This document shows positions 61,282-64,000 of a stretch of DNA of 64,000 nucleotides, one piece after another. The position numbers and the translations under genes are program-made. The DNA is from an uncultured bacterium. Its GTDB lineage: Bacteria; Krumholzibacteriota; Krumholzibacteriia; LZORAL124-64-63. Under the pieces are notes generated by a model. It saw only the letters and a list, made by a program, of their open reading frames with translations, had not been told where the DNA came from and ran no database searches. The DNA is taken from NCBI GenBank assembly GCA_963732385.1, contig CAVSZB010000007.1, positions 1,504,001-1,568,000 of the forward strand. Direction: 5' to 3'. How positions within the stretch are numbered: position 1 is the first letter of the stretch; each line of letters begins with the position of its first letter.

Positions 61282-62415
61282 GTGCGCGCTCGATCCGCCC
61301 TGTTCGCGGGCGCGGCCGTCTTCTGCCTGAGGGCGGCCGCGCCAGCGTCGGCGGCCCCGCCCCCGGCCGCCGGGGGGGGCGTGCGCGCCCAGGTCGACAC
61401 CGTCGGCTTCGCCGTCCGTCCGGACGACATGGCGGCGCTGCTCGCCTCGGCGCACGCCGCCGAGGACTCCACCGTCGCCGCCCGGCGTCGCGAGCTGGCG
61501 CTGCCCCCCGGAACCGGCTGGACCGTGGCGATCATGCCGCACGACGACTACCTCTACGCCGGACGCGTCTATGCCCACCTCACACCCGGCCTGCGCGCCC
61601 CGCGCTGGATCGTGCTCGGCGTCTGTCATGCCTGCCGGCGGCTCGGCGTGCGCGACCGGCTCCTGTTCGACGACTTCGACGCCTGGCGCATGGCCGGAAC
61701 TGACGTTCCGGTGGACACGGCCCTGCGCGCCCGCCTGCTCGCATCGCTCGGCCCCGACGCCGCGGTCGTGGCGCGGGACCGGCAGACGGCCGAGCACTCG
61801 GTGGAGGCACTGCTGCCGTGGCTGCGCGACGCCGCGCCCGACGCCGTCTTCGTGCCGATCCTCGTGCCGGGCATGTCGTGGGAGCGGATCGAGGAGCTGT
61901 CGACACGCCTGGCCGACGTGCTGGCCGACATCTGCCGGGAGCGGAACTGGGTGCCGGGGCGGGACCTCGCCCTGTTGATCTCGGCCGACGCGGTGCACTA
62001 CGGCTGCCGCGACTGGGGCGCCGGCGGCGGGCATCACCCGTTCGGCTGCGATGCCGCCGGGCACGCCGCCGCGCGGGCGCGCGACATCACCCTGGCCGAA
62101 GCGACGCTGGCGGGACCGCTCACGGCGGCGGGACCGGCCGCCTTCGCGCGCCTGGTCTGGAAGCCGGGCGATCCGGCCGATCCGTACCTGATCACCTGGT
62201 GCGGCCTCTATTCCATCCCCTGCGGCCTGGAAACGGCCCGTCGCCTGCAGGCGGCGCTCGGCCTGCCCCCCCTCGGCGGACGGCTCCTGCGTTACGGCGA
62301 CAGCGTGACCGATCCGCCCCTTACGGCGGCGGGAACACGGCTGGGCGTGACCGCGCCGGCAAACCTCGATCACTGGGTCGGCTACGCTGCCATGGGCTGG
62401 CCGGCAACCCCCTGA
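61282..62415 (+). CDS. MEMO1/AmmeMemoRadiSam protein B family protein
   Basis: PHDDYLYAG, LGVCH, EHSVEALLP, ISADAVHYG, TWCG, YGDS, WVGYAA. Confidence 0.85.
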   Translation: MRARSALFAGAAVFCLRAAAPASAAPPPAAGGGVRAQVDTVGFAVRPDDMAALLASAHAAEDSTVAARRRELALPPGTGWTVAIMPHDDYLYAGRVYAHLTPGLRAPRWIVLGVCHACRRLGVRDRLLFDDFDAWRMAGTDVPVDTALRARLLASLGPDAAVVARDRQTAEHSVEALLPWLRDAAPDAVFVPILVPGMSWERIEELSTRLADVLADICRERNWVPGRDLALLISADAVHYGCRDWGAGGGHHPFGCDAAGHAAARARDITLAEATLAGPLTAAGPAAFARLVWKPGDPADPYLITWCGLYSIPCGLETARRLQAALGLPPLGGRLLRYGDSVTDPPLTAAGTRLGVTAPANLDHWVGYAAMGWPATP

Positions 62416-62429
62416 ACGCCCTATTTCGT

Positions 62430-62456
62430 TCAATCCCTCCCCCCGCCGTCCGATAA
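62430..62456 (+). promoter_or_regulatory. Putative sigma28-type promoter
   Basis: TCAA-N15-TCCGATAA, 58 bp upstream of ATG 62515. Confidence 0.5.
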
Positions 62457-62514
62457 CAGGCGCAGACGCCGGACATCCGCCCGTCGTCACCCGGACCGAG
62501 CGAGAGGATGCTGA

Positions 62515-64000
62515 ATGCCCTGGCCTCGCCCTCCACGGACCTTCGCGTGGCTGAAGCGCCTGTTCCTGAACCGTCCGGACCGCCAGGTCCTGCTGCTGGT
62601 CGCGGCCTTGAGCCTCTCGCCGTTCATCCTGGAATCGATCGGGCTGCTCGGCCTCGTCGATGCGGCCTCCCGCATCGTGCCCGGTTCGCCCGCTCCCGAA
62701 GCCGCCTCCGTCGAACTGGCCAGTTCGCGCACCAGCCTGGCCGCGCTCCACCTGGTGCAGCATCTGCTGATCCTGGCGCTGGCGTTCGGGACGTTCGTCT
62801 TCGGCTGGCTCTGCCGGCGGCTCTCGCGCGATGACGACATCGCCGCCTGGGGTTTCGTCGTCTTCGGCCTCGGTCTGCTGCACACCGTGCCGGTCCTGGC
62901 CCTGGAGCATTTCCCCGGCGTCAGGCACGGTATCGACCCGCACGCCGCCATACTCGGCGCGATCAGCCGCAGCATCGCCATGATCTTCGTGGCGGCCGGC
63001 CTCTGGATCCTCACGCGGCGGGGACGTCCCCGCCAGGCGCGGCACTGGCAGTTCGCCGTGTCGGGACTGACGGTCCTCCTTGCCGCGGCCACGCTGCTCA
63101 CCGTAGCCGCGGCGCGGGCCGGGCTCGACGGCAGTACCGGGCTGTCGCCGCAGCTGGCCGGCCTCCTGCCCCTCTTCTTTTGGGGGCTCGCAGTGGCGGT
63201 GGCGGCCTCCGCGCCCGCGCTCCGGGAACGGGGCAACAGCTGCGTCGAGCGGGCGACCATGCTGATCCTCGTGCCGCTCGGGATGGCGCAGGCCTACCTC
63301 GCCTTCGTCTCGCCATTGACCAGCCACAACCACCCCTCCATCGCCCACGGGCTGCTGATGGGCGCCTGCCTGCTGGGGTTCGGGAGCGCGGTGGTGGATC
63401 TGCTGCGCCTGCACGACGCGCAGCGCGGAGCGCGCGAGCGGCGCTTCCTGCGGGGACTGATCGACGCCCTGCCCCAGCTCATCACCCTGAAGGACGAGCA
63501 GGGGCGCTTCGCCCTCGTGAACCGGGCCGCCGCCGAGTTCATCGGGCGGGAGGCGGATCAGATCATCGGGCGGGATCCGGTGGAGTGCGGGGACGATCCG
63601 GTCGTCGCCGCTCGCAATCGCGCGGAGGACAGTCGGCTGCTGAGCGAAATGTGCTTCGACACGCGGGAGGACACCCTCGCCGACGCCACCGGCCGGCACC
63701 GCGTCTTCCACTCGCTGCGCCAGCCGATCCTCTCGCCGGACGAGGACGCACTGCTGGTCCTGGGGGTCTTTTCGGAGATCACGGAGCTCCGCTCCGCCCA
63801 AACGGCGCTCGAGGACCAGAATCGCCTGCAGGCGGTCCTGATGGAGGCCCTGCCCAATCCGATCTTCATCAAGGATCTCCAGGGACGCTACCTCGGCTGC
63901 AACGCCGCCTGGGCCGAATTCTTCCAGCGCGATCGTCAGGAGATCATCGGCAAAACGACGCACGACCTCCTCCCCGCGGAACTGGCACGGGAACATGAAG
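62515..64000 (+). CDS. Polytopic membrane sensor with at least two PAS domains (runs off the window end)
   Basis: Not in the ORF track. ATG 62515 gives MPWPRPPRTFAWLKRLF...; several TM helices, then LIDALPQLITLKDEQGRFALVN and LMEALPNPIFIKDLQGRYLGCN. Confidence 0.85.
   Translation, partial: MPWPRPPRTFAWLKRLFLNRPDRQVLLLVAALSLSPFILESIGLLGLVDAASRIVPGSPAPEAASVELASSRTSLAALHLVQHLLILALAFGTFVFGWLCRRLSRDDDIAAWGFVVFGLGLLHTVPVLALEHFPGVRHGIDPHAAILGAISRSIAMIFVAAGLWILTRRGRPRQARHWQFAVSGLTVLLAAATLLTVAAARAGLDGSTGLSPQLAGLLPLFFWGLAVAVAASAPALRERGNSCVERATMLILVPLGMAQAYLAFVSPLTSHNHPSIAHGLLMGACLLGFGSAVVDLLRLHDAQRGARERRFLRGLIDALPQLITLKDEQGRFALVNRAAAEFIGREADQIIGRDPVECGDDPVVAARNRAEDSRLLSEMCFDTREDTLADATGRHRVFHSLRQPILSPDEDALLVLGVFSEITELRSAQTALEDQNRLQAVLMEALPNPIFIKDLQGRYLGCNAAWAEFFQRDRQEIIGKTTHDLLPAELAREHE

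Noticed and set aside
61060..63996. 978-aa minus-strand ORF
   Set aside because: Antisense to the MEMO-like gene and the PAS sensor; no domain motifs

Overview
High-GC bacterial chromosomal segment with about 49 CDS. I recognised no rRNA, tRNA, CRISPR array or intact mobile element. FlgD-Ig C-termini ('PNPFNPRT') and an 'SWGAIKGLY' motif suggest an FCB-group lineage such as Krumholzibacteriota/Latescibacterota (inference). In order: a partial membrane sensor; a GT4; an exported tripeptidyl-peptidase-II-like subtilase; a methionine gamma-lyase-like gene coupled to a divergent RelA/SpoT-fold protein; a sigma54 two-component locus flanked by two exported DxDxDG-repeat proteins and an outer-membrane barrel; mqnAC; a ~23 kb Wzx/Wzy exopolysaccharide region (16-39 kb) with pseudogenes and an IS630 relic; HDOD-GAF; a symmetric four-copy 35-bp repeat upstream of a top6B-M32 carboxypeptidase-top6A-NUDIX operon; then YceI, a large S8 protease, NYN-LOTUS, an M29-like peptidase, a DUF5916 protein, a MEMO-like protein and a partial PAS sensor. 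The best candidates for undescribed biology are (i) the sigma54 module, where both acidic-repeat genes carry a matching enhancer and -24/-12 promoter, (ii) the RelA/SpoT-like gene tied to the lyase, and (iii) the repeat/topoisomerase VI locus. All family calls come from recognising motifs by eye; no searches were run.
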